Below the pieces are notes generated by a model. It made no database searches and was not told the DNA's origin. It worked only from the letters and a program-made list of their open reading frames with translations. Made by a program: the position numbers and the translations under genes. 64,000 bases of DNA, from NCBI RefSeq assembly GCF_006345805.1, contig NC_043012.1, forward strand, positions 48,608,001-48,672,000, read 5' to 3'. This DNA comes from Octopus sinensis. Taxonomy: Eukaryota. Below are positions 38,827 to 53,652 of this stretch, in pieces (within the stretch, counting starts at the first letter, position 1; every line of letters starts with the position of its first letter).

Positions 38827-40344
38827 CATACACTCACACACCTTCTAGGCACTCTATTACTCCATTCTTGTGGAATTCCTATTACATAGCTATTATCTCG
38901 CCTTTTTTCTAATGGCTTACTCATTCCGTTAGTCTTCGCACAGAAGTCTTCAATTTCATTTCGTTATTTTTTCCTTGTTTCTTCAGTCATTCCTCCTACG
39001 ATTTGTTTATTCTTTCAAAGCAAATATTACATGTTCTAATGTGCATTAACAGCTTTCTCTTGCTTCTATTTCTCCTTTTAAAGCATAAATATAAAGCAAC
39101 CCCCCCAACTGTAAAGCTAGCAAGGCAAAGCCATTAGTACCAACATACTTTGATTTTTAGTTGTCTTTTCGTATATTAATGCAATATAAATAGAATTTTG
39201 GCACTTCGTGTACCCAATAAGCTTAAGAACAGCAACAAAAATCGTTTACTCTATCAACTAAACTTATTTGTCATCCCTGGCTGTGTCTGTTGGGTCATGA
39301 CCTATTATTATTATTACTACTACTATTAGTATTCTTTCCTTACTATATATACATGTATATACTGCAGCATCACGCCAATTTTCGTCTAACAATTTTTGTT
39401 CTCTCCCTGAGCTCATATATATATTTTAACTATTACTTTGTTTTGCTGTCTAGATACTGTACACTATAATACTTCCAAACTATATATATATACGCATATA
39501 TATATATATACTTCAAAGATTCTAGTGCCATTCGAAGCCATTTTCTTCTATGACTCATTTATACGTCTTTTATTTTTTCCTCTCTGTCAAAATTTTTTTA
39601 TGAACCAATTAAAATATCAAAAATAGAAAAAAAGAAAAATGTAGATAAGCATTATGCAGTTAGTTTTATAATCATTTTGTGTAATTAATGTTATATAATC
39701 CTGGTTGCTTTGGTTTTTGTCTTACTATCTGCACGCCTTTGTTCTTACAACGTGTGTGCGTGTGTGCGCGCGTGTTCAGTGTATATAATTGTGTTTTTCT
39801 GTTATGAATTATAAAATTAATAGCTATTGTGTCGCAAGTCTACTTTTCGTTTTCGAAAGCTTAACTAATTACAAATCAATAATTTGCCAAAAGTGTGTGT
39901 GTGTGTATGGATAACACATACACACACGCATTTAGTGATTAACAATAGAAAAACTATAACTTTCTATTGTATTTCTATCCTCACGAGAGATAATGATATA
40001 AAAAGATTTTTTTTTAATTACTTTAGTGCTGAATGTTTTGTAATTAGCATTAATAATTCGCTATGAACTTATGTTATATTAAATGACTAATACAAAGTTA
40101 GTGTTGTATACACACACACATATACACCCAAGCTGACGCACATGCTGTGGATGAGTTAAATATGATGGGTGGGGGTGATGATACTCCCCTCTTTGTTTAG
40201 CGATATCAACGTGTCGTATATACACCCTTATCGATTGATGTGTACTGTGCGTATTTCTTACAATGCTATACTCAAATGTATACCCGCGTACGTCAGAACT
40301 TTCTGTAAATGGCAACATTTTCTGTCTAATGTATGTGCATATAC

Positions 40345-40599
40345 GTATAGCATGCATCTATGTTGCGAGAAAATGTATGTATGTATATATATCATTGTAT
40401 ACACCTATATAGGTTATTTATACACACGTGTACAACTGTTTACGTGGAATCGACAAATGTGTGTATATATACACACACACGTATGTATAGAATGCATCTA
40501 TGTTGTGAGCAAATGCGTGTATGTATATATATATTATTGTATACACCTATATAGGTTATTTATACACACATGTACAACTGTTTACGTGAAATCGACAAA

Positions 40600-40635
<36 letters not shown>
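40345..40635. repeat. 140-bp tandem duplication
   Basis: ATGCATCTATGTTG..TGTATACACCTATATAGGTTATTTATACACAC.TGTACAACTGTTTACGTG.AATCGACAAATGTG begins at 40352 and at 40492. Confidence 0.92.
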
Positions 40636-40665
<30 letters not shown>

Positions 40666-41629
40666 ACTACAGCAATCCCCAGAGCACTGTTTTTTGGCTA
40701 TACACACGTGTGTATATTCATATGGCGACTATGTATGAGGTCTGAATTTGTTAGTATTACTGAATGCATGCGTTAAATGTGAAGTGTCTTATAATACTCG
40801 TGTTGGATCACACATTTGAAACGTATATTATTCCTAAATGTTTCTTTTATATTTCTAGAATATCAATGTTGGATCGCAGTCGAGATACATTTGTCTCATA
40901 TCAGGCCTTTATTTCATTAAAGATCATGTGCACAGGTTTAGATGTGATGTTGAAACGAATCATTACGAACAAAGGAGAATTTATGTATTCTCCAATTTCT
41001 TTTAACTGTATCGTTTAATTTCAACTCTATTGACATCAAAAAAGAAATATTGTTTTTGTATTTCCATAATTATCACATAATCAGTTACCTAATTCTAATT
41101 AATAATTATATTCGGGTTTTTGTTGTCGACATTGACCTGTATTTTATCAGTGGACGTGATCCACCATCATATCTCACCCTATTTTAGTAGTGAAGTTAAG
41201 ATTCACGGGTGATCGTCACTTCGATTAATATTTCTAGTTTGTTATATTATTATTATTACTACACAGCTTTACTCTACTTCAATCCTGTTCTATCTTCTAA
41301 GCACCCAACCGCCATAATTCTTGAGTTTCTAATTTTTCTCATGTAAAATGTCAGCGGTAGCATTCTTGACATAGCATCTTCGACATCGCGAACACAACCT
41401 CATTTTAAGAGTTCATTTCGTATGGTTAAATTCGAATTCACTGGTGGGAAACGCCTTACTAAACTACTAAAATCATCACATTTGCTGTATATGCATGGAT
41501 ACATGAGTGTGTATATATACTTATATATATACACATACATATACACGCACATATAACACCATGTTGTAAGACATTAAGCACGTTTAAAACTGCATGACGC
41601 TGTGCACACACAGGCATACTGTTTATATA

Positions 41630-41661
<32 letters not shown>

Positions 41662-42390
41662 CACACACACATAGACATAAGTACTATAAATTATGCACAT
41701 TCATTTAATATACATTCCCTATATGTCTAACTCGTGCAAGCACTAAACATGCACGTTAGAATTGTGTGTGTAATTATATAGATGTGCCTTCGTCTATTTT
41801 CATTTAGTTAAAATGACTGTAAAATTTGGTTGACATTCTTTGAAAATTCAACTCCGTTTATTTTTCAAAATCCAGTGTTAATATAGACAAGACTATACAC
41901 CCGGTGCCCGAATTTCTACATTATACATATAGGTTTTTCTCTCAGAAAAAAAAAATTCTTTTTTCTTTTTTGAGGTTTTTATTGTATCTTTCAAATGTCT
42001 TCTTCTACTGAGAAAAAAATATTAATTTTTCTATTTCAAGAATTGTAAAATAAATAACATTTGCCTCCTGTCAGTTGCTGTTTTATGCATGGCTGTTCTC
42101 CCGGTGTCGTCGAAAATAGTGCGACAGATCATCAATAGCCCTGCTGGATAAAGGAAAGTTGTTGTTTTTACTAATAAATCTCGCATTATTTATTACGAAA
42201 CTATGGTTTTAAGACAAAATAAATTTATAAAAGAGACGGAAAAAAACCAGAAAAGTGCACATCACATTGTTGTAACTGGTTAGTCAACTTTATATTCTTT
42301 ACATTGTCGTCAAGGAAAGCACACATGTATGTCTGTGGGTAGTAAATTCTATTACTTTGTGTTTTTCTGTGCATGTGTGTATGCTTGAGG

Positions 42391-42472
<82 letters not shown>

Positions 42473-42741
42473 TGGCAGTTTTGCTTCCAGGTGCGTGTGC
42501 GCGTGTACACTGTATGACGTAAGTGTATGTGTTTGTGTACGCATACATACATTGCCTCTATGTATATATAACACAGGCAGAATATAACTGTGTATATAGT
42601 TAAAATACATAAGCGAGAAAAGTGCGAGCAAGGCAGCAAGTCTCTAGTGACTAGTCTAATCTATCTAGTAGTCTGTCTGAACTTGTGCTGTTTACTCGGT
42701 TAAACATATATCTTAGCCTTGCGATACACACACACACACAC

Positions 42742-42788
<47 letters not shown>

Positions 42789-43117
42789 TGCGTGTGTGTG
42801 TGAGAGAGAGAGAGAGAGTCTCGATCACCCTGCATGTTCTCGGCTATGGCTGCTCTCGCCTTCTGCGCCTTATTTCTTTTCCTCATCGCCAAAACATTTG
42901 TTCTCTTCATCTAGCACGTACACGCGTACTTGATGCCGACTACACAGATACATATACTACACACACCTACACACGTTATTCGTTGAGCCTCAACTCCAGT
43001 TGTAATTTTCGCTTTGTTGTTGAAGGCGCGCACACATTCACACACACACACACACGGACTCGCTCACACTCTTCATACGCGCACGCATGCACATCCCTGC
43101 ATTTCTAATATATATAT

Positions 43118-43158
<41 letters not shown>

Positions 43159-45562
43159 CTATTTTTTATACGGTTTACATAGTCGCAAAATTGATACTCA
43201 AGCTTCTTTGAAATACGTATCTGTCGCTCTCTTCTTCCTCTCTATGTACACACACTTGTATTTCCATATACAATCTCTCTCTACACACACGTTGAGATAT
43301 ATATACTTATGTGCATTCTATATGCATGTGTGTATCTACATGTCTTAATGTTTGTGCGTGGGTGTGTATACTTACACCTACGTGTGCGCGTGTACGCACA
43401 TGTGTGTATATATGCTGGGGCATTGCTATGTCTTCAGGCTCAGGCAGTTTGTGAAGCGATTTCTCTGCCACCTTCATACGTTTCCATTCTGTGCTAAGTC
43501 TCTCAGGAATTGCCGATGCCCAAATCCTAAGTCCATTCCGCAGTATATGCTTTCGAGGAAGAATATCAAGAAACTGGTTGCCGTGAATCACAGACTGTTG
43601 AATGATTTTGTCCTCTATGTTGAAGATAGAAATCGTGGAACTAAACATTTGGGCCCTGTTTGTGCATTTGTATAACTTACAATGTCAGTTTCACAACACT
43701 CTTTTCTTTTACCCCTTGGTTGATGATTGTAGAACTTCCTTTCAAGGAATATAAAATTTTGTCTATTTCAGTACCTCATTTTGTGTACAGAATGGAGCTT
43801 GGCAATATGAGGCCACCATAATTGGCAGCGATGATTTAGCCAACTGAGATGCATGACCTTGTACCATTTTTGCAAGATGCACATGGAGCAACGTCATTAT
43901 TACATTATACACTTTGACAGTGTTATAATTTCATCTGGTCCCGTCTATCCGTGTTGTGTTGTATTGGTGAGCTAATCCTTGAACTTCACTGCATTAAATG
44001 TTAGATCTTCCTCTGTTCTAATGTCCTTCAGCAGGCCTTTAATATCTTCTGATTATACCTATTGCTTTTGATATCTTGCTGTCATGAATTGTTTGTGATG
44101 GTCTCTTTTACAACTGAGAAAAGTCTGACCTGGTTATGGGTGTTTGTGGGTATACAGACAAACATGTACACAAAGCTACAAACCTGGGTAACATTATGCA
44201 ATTGTGTAACGTTCACTTTTCATACTAGGATGTGGCAGGTGAAGTTTTTTTTGTGATGGGCCTATTGCCAGAATGCCTTAGTTGCCTATCCTCACATATT
44301 TTCATGCAATGTTATTTTTCCCCAAGGATGAACATGTCTTCATGTAATATAGAAATGAGGCTCTCATTTACAACTAGTACTTCTTTGAAGAAGAGGTGGC
44401 ACCAACTGGCATGGATGAGAAGCAAACTTCTTAACCACACAGCCTAGTCTGTCATACACAGTGTGCATATGAGTACGTGTGTTTGTAATATACAGCCTAA
44501 CCCATGCCTTCATGAAAAATGGACTTTAAAGGATATCAGCACTAACTCATTTTATTGCTCTGTCCTTTTACATGCTGGCAGTTTAGATTGGTTCCTTAAG
44601 TAGTAATTTATTGCAGGATACCCATCATATCAGCAACTAATGACAGGCTGCTATTCCAGCTACCAATTTCAAAAACTAGGGTTTATAAGCAAATACATAA
44701 ACATAAGCAGAGATATAGGTATGCATGGGAGTACATTTATGCTGATGTGCTTTTATACAGTCATTTATGCTCATGCAAGTTGGCTCAGCTGTACATGCTC
44801 ACACATCAGCAGGCCTTTCTGGAGCATGCATGCCCACCAGCATGGGTCCATGTGCATTCATATATTTATCAGCACTCACATGTGTACAGGGATAGATATT
44901 CAGACATATATTTATATATATATATATATATATATATACATACTCACATGCATGTATATATACACATATATGCATATGTATACATGTGTGTGTACATAAT
45001 TGTTTGTATGTACATCGTGACATTTGCCACTGTTCCATGCTTGCATGGGTCAGGTTGAATGAGGCAGCTGGATGCTTATCCTGTCACCAACCTGTTTTCA
45101 AGCAAGATAATGTTTCTCTGTGACCAGACATGTTTTGCAGAAATGGACAAAGTATGATGGTGAACTATCAAGTGATACTAAGACAAGGAAACACAAACAT
45201 ACATTGCACCAGCAATGGGTGTGCTTCACATTCCAGTTACTTAGCCCACTCAAAAAGTTTTGATTTTCCCTGGAGCTCTAGTAGAATTCCCCAAAGTGCA
45301 ACACAGACTGAATCCAAAATCATGATTAGGAAGCAAACATCTTAACTGCATAGCCATGCCAGCACACACACACACACACACAAGAAAGAGAAGCATGTAA
45401 ATATGTACAAATGCATACATATGTTGGACATCAGCATAAATGCTTTATATAAAGTCCCTGTAGTATACATATGTATACACATGGACATAAACAACTTTAT
45501 ATACACATACAGCTACATACATATATATATATATATATACATACACACACACACTCTCACAG

Positions 45563-45710
45563 TGGTTGGCATTAGGAAGGGCATCCAGCTGTAGAAACAC
45601 TGCCAAATCAGACTGGAGCCTGGTGCAGCCTCCATGGCTTACCAGACCCCGGTCGAACCATCCAACCCATGCTAGCATGGAAAACGGACGTTAAATGATG
45701 ATGATGATGA
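45563..45710 (+). mobile_element. RTE-type retroposon 3' tail (SINE/LINE) with (TGA)n end
   Basis: GGTTGGCATTAGGAAGGGCATCCAGCTGTA..CCCATGCTAGCATGGAAAACGGACGTTAAA(TGA)n. The AGGAAGGGCATCC motif is typical of RTE-related tails. Inverted degenerate relatives lie at about 45010-45100 and 50830-50915. Confidence 0.7.
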
Positions 45711-45715
45711 TATAT

Positions 45716-45747
<32 letters not shown>

Positions 45748-46264
45748 GATAGCTCTGGCTTCCTTTTGTTAGCATGTGGTCAACATACATAAATGTTTGA
45801 ATTATTGCATATCCATATATAACTACTGTTGTGTGTATCTATAATCTAAGATAAACATTAATGTATGTACATGCATATGCATATATATATATATATGCAC
45901 ATAAGGATGTGCGTACTGATATTTAGGCATGCCTCTGTAGTAAAGGTAAAGGAGTTTGTTCTTCAAATGCTTTGATGACATTTGGTCAATGAAAATGGTA
46001 TCTCTGTGAGTGCATTTGTTCTGTTAATCCTATTGTGGTTCCCCAGCTTGACTGAGACTTCAATGATTGAAGCCAGTGCAAAAACTGAAAATCATTTCCA
46101 ATGTCCAATTTTTTCATGCTTCCTTAGGTCAGATGATTCCTGTTACCAATCCTCTTCTGTTTCCAGATATTTTTCCATTCTCGAAGATCTTCATGGAAGG
46201 CTGTGATGAATAACATTGCTTGTCTAGAACCATGTGATAAGAGGAGATATTTCTCTTTATGTTA

Positions 46265-46420
46265 TATGAACAGGCTTCTTTCAGTTTCCATCCACTATAT
46301 ACTGTCACAAATCTTTGGTCAGCCTGTGACTATAGTGAAAAACATTTCCACAAGGTGATGTGCTGTGGGATTGAGCACAAAATCACATGGTTGGGGAGCA
46401 AGGTTCTTAATCACACACCC
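46265..46420 (-). mobile_element. SINE family A left arm, CpG-decayed
   Basis: ACAGGCTTCTTTCAGTTTCCATC..TTTGGTCAGCCTGTGACTATAG..CAAGGTG; the CpGs of the upstream copies are replaced by TG/CA. Confidence 0.8.
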
Positions 46421-49400
46421 ATACACGCTTATGCTCTTATGCAAAAACCATCGAACGTATGTACACACGTTCATGCATATATGTATATACACCCTTATCT
46501 ATGCACACCTTAACATGAATATATCAAGGTATATCTTTATGCATATACATGGATTTGTATATAAATATACAAATGTGAGTGTATATATACACACACGCAC
46601 ACATGAACTTTTGTATGGTTCTTTCTATACATGTATATGTAGATAATGTACGTATATACATATAGACATATATGCATGTGTGTATATATATGTATATATG
46701 TACATATATATATAAAAATATATACAGTCATACATTTATCTGTCACATGCATGTTTATATATCTACAAAAATGTATTTTTACATAGCTCCTCATATATGG
46801 TGTTTGTGATTATTACATGTATTGCATGTGCACACAATGTCTGCTTGTACTATACATATATGTATGCATATATATATATATGCATATTTACATGTATATG
46901 TATATAACCCTACAAATACATTTGTATACATTATTTGCATATTTACAATATATGTATTACATACTTACTATATATATGGACGCTAAATGATGATGCGTGT
47001 GTGTATATATGTATACACACACACACACATTGCAGCTATGTACCTATTGTAATGTAAATTGAATTACATCTGTTTACTTGAGACATAAATGATATACACA
47101 TAGTTTATACATACAACTTGATGTTTTGTATCTGGCTGTGTGTAATTATATATACATACATATACACATACATATATGTAATAAAATGTAATTTTGGATC
47201 TACTAGAATCCTGGCATGTTTATGTTGGTTTAAACGCACACGCACATTAATGTATGCGCCTATAATGTATGTGCTGTTTTGTCACATTCACAATTGATTC
47301 ATATAGTTTAGCAAGTGTTAAAGAACCCTCTTAGTTTTCTTGGATACAGTTTCTTAATGAAAGATGACATTTACTGAAGTAAAACTTCCAAACCTTTCTG
47401 CTCTTCAGCTGTCATAAAAAAAAAATTTTTTTAAATTCATTTGATAAACAAATCCTTTTCCCCTATGAGCCACATACTCGCACACCCATATTTTGACCTC
47501 CATTTTCCGTCAGATACTGTAAATCATCACTTTAATTCTTCCCTCTTCACCTGTCCTTAACACTCCATCACATTTACACCTTGTTACCGCTTCCCACTTC
47601 AACATACTTGTTTCCTACCTTTTTTATACAATCTTTCTACTTTTCCACATTTAAAAAAAAATTCTGTTTAGATGTAAGAAACACTGCCACCCTTTCCATG
47701 AAGTGCCATTCCCTTAAATCCTAGATATTTATTTTCATAGCATGCTACATATACCTTGGTTTTAGTTTCATCCCCCACCCCCAATTTAACCAGGTGTTAA
47801 ACATTATACAAAGCACTGATTTGACACTAAGCTAAGTCAAATGTTTGTGTTTGTACATCCTTAGCATAAACAAACACAGTTACAGTTTTTGAATTAAATT
47901 CTTTTGCGAAAATGCAAGGAGTGCTTTGATAATTATTTATTCCTTAAAGGCTTTGTCATGTGAGTGTGGCCAAGCTGGGGCACCAAGTTTATTGAATTTT
48001 GATCAATTATATCTGCTCCCGCCAATTCCTTGTCTGGTGCTTATTTTACTATTCTTATTAAATGCAAAACATACCTGTGTGAGGAAATCCAGTTGACCAC
48101 AAATTAAACAGTATCTGTTTCGATGTACCAGGTTTCATCTTGTGTCCAGACTCTCACACTGCTTCTAGTGTGTGTGTGTTCATTCCAGCTGCCATTCATC
48201 CAGTATTAATCAATCCAAGGCTGTTGTAGGAAACAATGGCCCAAAGAGATGTTCATATGAGTGAAGATCAGCACCACATATTTTTTTAATCAGCCATGTC
48301 TACCTTAGAAATTTCCATTTTTAAATAGTTGAATCTAGAATTTTACTCTTGAACAAAAATACCCCTTTATGTGAGGCATTCTCTCTGAGATGGTTGTTGG
48401 TCTCTTACTCTGGATATTCTGCAGATTGTGTATAATCTTCAGTGTCTATTTTACTAGTATTGTTTTCCTGGGACTCCTGTGAGATGCAATCTGGGAAGGA
48501 TTAGTTCCCTTCAATTTTAAAAAATAGTCATTTTTTTTTAATGCACTTTGTGTCAATTGTAAATATATTAAAATGAAATCAGCTAAGATTGCTAAAATTT
48601 TGTATACATACATAATCATGTAAATTGTTAGTTTGATGGGTGTAGAGAAAAGGAAAGTGTACTGACCTTAGTGATCACTCTTTGTATGCCTTTTTTCCTT
48701 TTCTATGTACACTGGATATTATAATTCCAGGTGACCTAGTATGTTGGGTCACTTCTACTTCTGGTACATACTTGATGTCTAAGCAAGCCAATGAGGAGTT
48801 TTCTTTGTGATCTGCTAAAAGTAATATTCGGTGTTTTTTTTTTTTTTTTTTTTCTATTGTACCCTACCATCTTAAAAGGAATGATGGATAATGAGGTCTT
48901 ATTCGTTGCACATTGGAGAAAATGGAATAGTCTCTATTGAAATGCCTTTGAACGAAGGTCTGTTGAACAAGTTGACCTGGGGCTAAACAGCTTGATTATA
49001 TTAAAACAGACAATGTTGCTTAGAAAGTCATGGAAACTTAAATACCTTTTTATTTCATACTTTTTCATCTCTGGATTTCTTTTAATTATGTTTTAATTTT
49101 AATTTGCCATGAGATTCCTTCAACTAGAACTAGGTGACAGATTAAGATTTTCCTTCCGGAAATGAAGACTTCACAATTGAATAGTGTCACAATCGAAATT
49201 AGAATCATCACTTTTTACATCTACTTATCCATGCTCGCATAAATTGGGACTCTTTTTTGGTTACATATATCCTCTTCGAAAACACCCCTATTAAAGTTGC
49301 TCCATAGATTGTGCCTGAATTTTGCATACCTATTCTACAAATTGGGATGTACATTATTCTAAAATTAATACTTATATTTAAACCTTGAGTGTCTCTATAT

Positions 49401-51059
49401 AGTTGTTTAATCTCCCTTGAAAGATGTTCCACTTTAAAACATGGTCAGGTATCCTTGACAAGGCAGTAGTCGTGGATCTGCATGGTTACGGTTGGCCTAG
49501 AGCTAAGCTAGTATCATTTCATTTTTGTTTCCTTCGTTTTCCTTGCCAATATGGATTGGCTCCTTCACACCTAACATTAGAACAGGTGATTTTTATCATT
49601 GTCCTTCACTTATTCAACCATGAAATGGGAATGGGTCATACTTATTTTCTCCACCTGATTAACTGAAGCAGGTAATCTACCTTGACTGCAGGCGTTGGGC
49701 ATTCAATAATATTACAACAACAATCAGCTTTATGTCAGTGGCTGTTGTGTTTTCGCAAAGTAATATCTGAATTTTGTTTGCTATGTAGTTTTATATGAAG
49801 AAAGAAGGGGTGGGGAAGAAAAAGTGTTTACTTACATATGACCCTTTATCATTTTTGTCTAAATCATCTTTTAACTGTTACCTTCCCACTCATAAACATC
49901 ATGAAAAAGCTAAGATCTTAATCAAAACATTTAACTCTTCAAATTTTTTTGTTACTTTTTCTATTATTTTTTTTTCTCTTGTTATCCATTGAAGCATGCA
50001 GTAACCCACTCAGCTATTGTGTTCCAGTTTCATTTATAGCAGCACTGATAGTTTGTCAACTATAGAAAGCATGCTACCGACTATTACACACACACAAGCC
50101 ATTGTTTTTTGCTTAATGAAAACCTGATATTCCTGTTCAGAGAATTTCTGAATACCTGAAACCTGTAAGTTGGTAGCCAATTTTGATCTGATGTATTTTT
50201 AATATTCTTGATGGTTGCCATAACATTGAAAATGTAACTTTGAAAAAAAAATCTCTCATAATTTCTTTTTTTTTTTTTTTTTTTTTTATTGCGTGTGTGT
50301 CTTTCTAGGGAAAGGTGGGGATGTCTTTCATGTGAGATTCATTCAAAGGTTAATTCAGCTGTGAACCTAATTTTGTATCTGCTTCTATTTTTGGAAATGT
50401 TTCAACTATAACTTCCCCCTCTCTCGCTTTCTCTCTGTAATTTGTGTCGATCATTGTATTGTCAGTCTATTCTGGGTTCTCAAACAATACTGATTTGTTG
50501 TTAGAATTGCTAGTTAACGTTTACAGCAAAATTAGGAATGTGTAATTGAGAAAGAATAAACAATCCTGTTTGAATAGGACCAACCTGTGATTTTATGAAG
50601 ACCTTGCTGATGGCTTGTGTGCATGAAATAATTCTTGCCTGTAATTATTACTGTAAATATCTTTCACATCAGTCACCTCCAGCTATGAGCTAACTAGGTA
50701 TACAGTAGCTGTAGGGTTAAAAAAAACATCTGATTAAATGTTTAGTAGTGATGGGTATCTCTCTCATAGTTTACTAGGAATATGGATTTTTTTAAAGAAC
50801 GATTGGATTTATTTGCAAATCTAGGAGATTTATCTTATGTTTGCCTTTTTCATGCTGGCATGTGTTGGACGAGATTTCTCATCAGTATTCTATCACTGGA
50901 TGCCATTCTTGATGGCAAACCTTGTGTTGTAAGGCTTTTCTTTCCACTGGTCTCTGCACATCACGACTGTCAAACATATGCAGGGCATCTTTTATGGGAC
51001 ACAGTCAAATGTTTTTGCTGCTTAAATGGTGTCAGTGCAAAGCTACACCTGTTTCTGTA

Positions 51060-51190
51060 CAGTTGCCATCTATTTTCATTCACAGGGCATTGGTCAACCT
51101 CTGTCTATAGAAGACATTTGCCCAAGGTGCTGTGCAGTGGGAATGAACCTGAAATCACTTGATTGTAAAGCCAACTTAACTATGTAGTGC
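51060..51190 (-). mobile_element. SINE family A left arm, CpG-decayed
   Basis: TAGAAGACATTTGCCCAAGGTGCTGTGCAGTGGGAATGAACCTGAAATCAC. Confidence 0.8.
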
Positions 51191-52576
51191 TGAATACACC
51201 TATTGGATGTCAAACAACCATAGTGCTATAAGGAGTAGGAAAAATCCATGAAACCTAGTTTTTATATATCTTCATAAGCTCAGAACATAAGCTGTTTTCG
51301 CTTCTCGTTTTAACCCAACAAACTCATCTGCATTCATAAGTACCTTTGTTGCTAACACTTTGCCTACTTGGATTGTAGATTTTAACAATCAAGTTGGATA
51401 GCCTCTGTCCATTTCTGGGATACAAAACCTTGTTTTAGATTGTCCATACTGTAATTAAAATATTGCATTTTTTTTTCTATGTAAGATCTATTTATGCTCC
51501 AAACACTGACTTGGTTGAAAAGCTTGGTTGACTAAATCTGTCAATTCTATATTGGTTTCACAATTGTATGAAGCACATATGCAGTGTATATCAATAGAAA
51601 ACATGTCCACAAAAATGTTACACTGCAAAGGACAATAACACTTCATAGCTGCTGATGGTGGTAATGTTTGCTTTCACTAGCAATACAATGATCCCCTACT
51701 TGTCTTCAGGTATCCTCTGTGTAAAGAGTTTGTTTTTGTATCAACCCTTGTTTATTTTAATGAAGGTCGTTCGGCAAAACAGTTCTCTAGTTCTATTAAA
51801 ACTTATCACTTCAACTATTGATAAAGTGTTAAATATTGATTAGCACCATGCCAATCTGATTTAACAAGCTGATGATCAAAGGGACTCCTAGGATTTTTTT
51901 TCCATAACTTATCTACAATTGAGAGAAATTTAGCTACTATGTGGCTATGTAAGCAGCTCCTTTGTCTGAAATATGTTTGCACAGAAGTCATTCTGTGTAT
52001 TTATATGACAAGCCTAAGGCTCTGGTCTACTGACCACATGGTCAATTAAGGCTATGTTCCTTTTCTCTCTAAAGATACATTGCTCTTACCTCTGCTAATA
52101 ACATGAACAGCCCACTGCTGCTTGACACAGTTGATTGATTACCTGTAAGGAGTCCTCTAGCCAGCTGAAAAGCTTTAACCAAACAATATTCATATATTCA
52201 AATATACAGGACATAGTAATATTAAAATGCATTATTTATGTGCTGTGTTTGTGGTGTTTAATTTATAAGATATTGCATATTTTCTTTCATATTCATAACC
52301 CTATTTGTTTGCAACGATTATATTTCCTTTGATGTTTCAAGACCTACCTAGTCTTTTGGGAGGAAATGATTCTAGTAGCTGGTGTCTGTGATTGTTTTCA
52401 TTGTTGGGGGAAAGACACTGCAGTTTCTTGTTCCAAGCAACAATGGAACAAGGAATTATGGAAAATCCTTTTAAACAAGAGCAATGTTTTCATTAGCATA
52501 TATGGAATAAAAAGCTGTTCAGTGCACGAGCACACACACACATTCTGGCTACAAAACAATACTTATTCAACTTCTA

Positions 52577-52636
<60 letters not shown>

Positions 52637-52701
52637 TTTGCAGTTCAGTATGACTTATTGGGATGCATTTGTTATAAGTTCTTGGATTAAAAACGATATA
52701 A

Positions 52702-52893
52702 CCCTTTAGCAGTCAGATTATTTTGTCAAATGTTATGCTTATTCTCATTGTTTTGTATCTTGTAGCTTTAAGATTCATGTAATTGTTGTTTTTAGAATGA
52801 CATTTCATTGTGTGAGCCACTAAATCTTCTAGCCAGTTTGAACAAAAAAGTTAAAATAATTTGGCTTGATGTGGCCAGTTTAAATGCTAAAAG
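52702..52893. mobile_element. piggyBac-type MITE, diverged copy
   Basis: Starts CCCTTTAGCA.TCAGATTA and ends AAATGCTAAAAG; homologous to 56396-56588. Confidence 0.65.
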
Positions 52894-53568
52894 TAGGCCT
52901 TTCCTAAGCTGGTATATAAAGTTTTAGTGGTAGTGTGTCTTTTGTAAAAGTATCATTCCTATTTAATATCTCTAATACAAAAACATTTATTTTTAGTATT
53001 AGACTACTGCCATGCTACAGCAACCACCATCTTCAAGGTTCTTAGTGGATTATATTGACTTAAATGATTTAATTTGGGAATGGCTGTATTGGGAGGCTCA
53101 TGTCGGTACACCTGGTTTATACTTTATTAGAAATCTGGGGATCCATTCAGTCTAGAATGGAAGAAAAGAATGCACAGTTGATAGGTGTGTAGAAATAAGA
53201 ACATTGGACCAGCTCTAAAATTGAAACATAACTAGACAAACTACCTAACTGAAAAACTAGATCACTTCTCAATTTACAACTGACTATTTAGCTTTAATAA
53301 TGATCGTATGATGTAATAAATGAATTTGATTTCTTAAATGAGCACAAGATCTGAATAATAGGGTCTAGGTAAATTCAATGAAATCATTTTAGTAATTATG
53401 TGACATAGTTCATCTGTGAGATTTTAACCAGAATGTTAAGGTACACAACTATAAATACCACAGGGTGCTTTGTTCCTGGCTGTATTGATTCTGACAATCC
53501 AGTACCCTATGAATTTAACTCAAGTAAATCTCTCAAATTCCAACAACCAGTCCGAGATAAATCACAAA

Positions 53569-53652
53569 TTATGACTAGAAATAAGAAAGAAAAACAAAAA
53601 CACAGGTAGGTTATGACTAGAAATAAGAAAGAAAAACAAAAACACAGGTAGG
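53569..53652. repeat. Perfect 42-bp tandem duplication
   Basis: TTATGACTAGAAATAAGAAAGAAAAACAAAAACACAGGTAGG x2. Confidence 0.97.
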
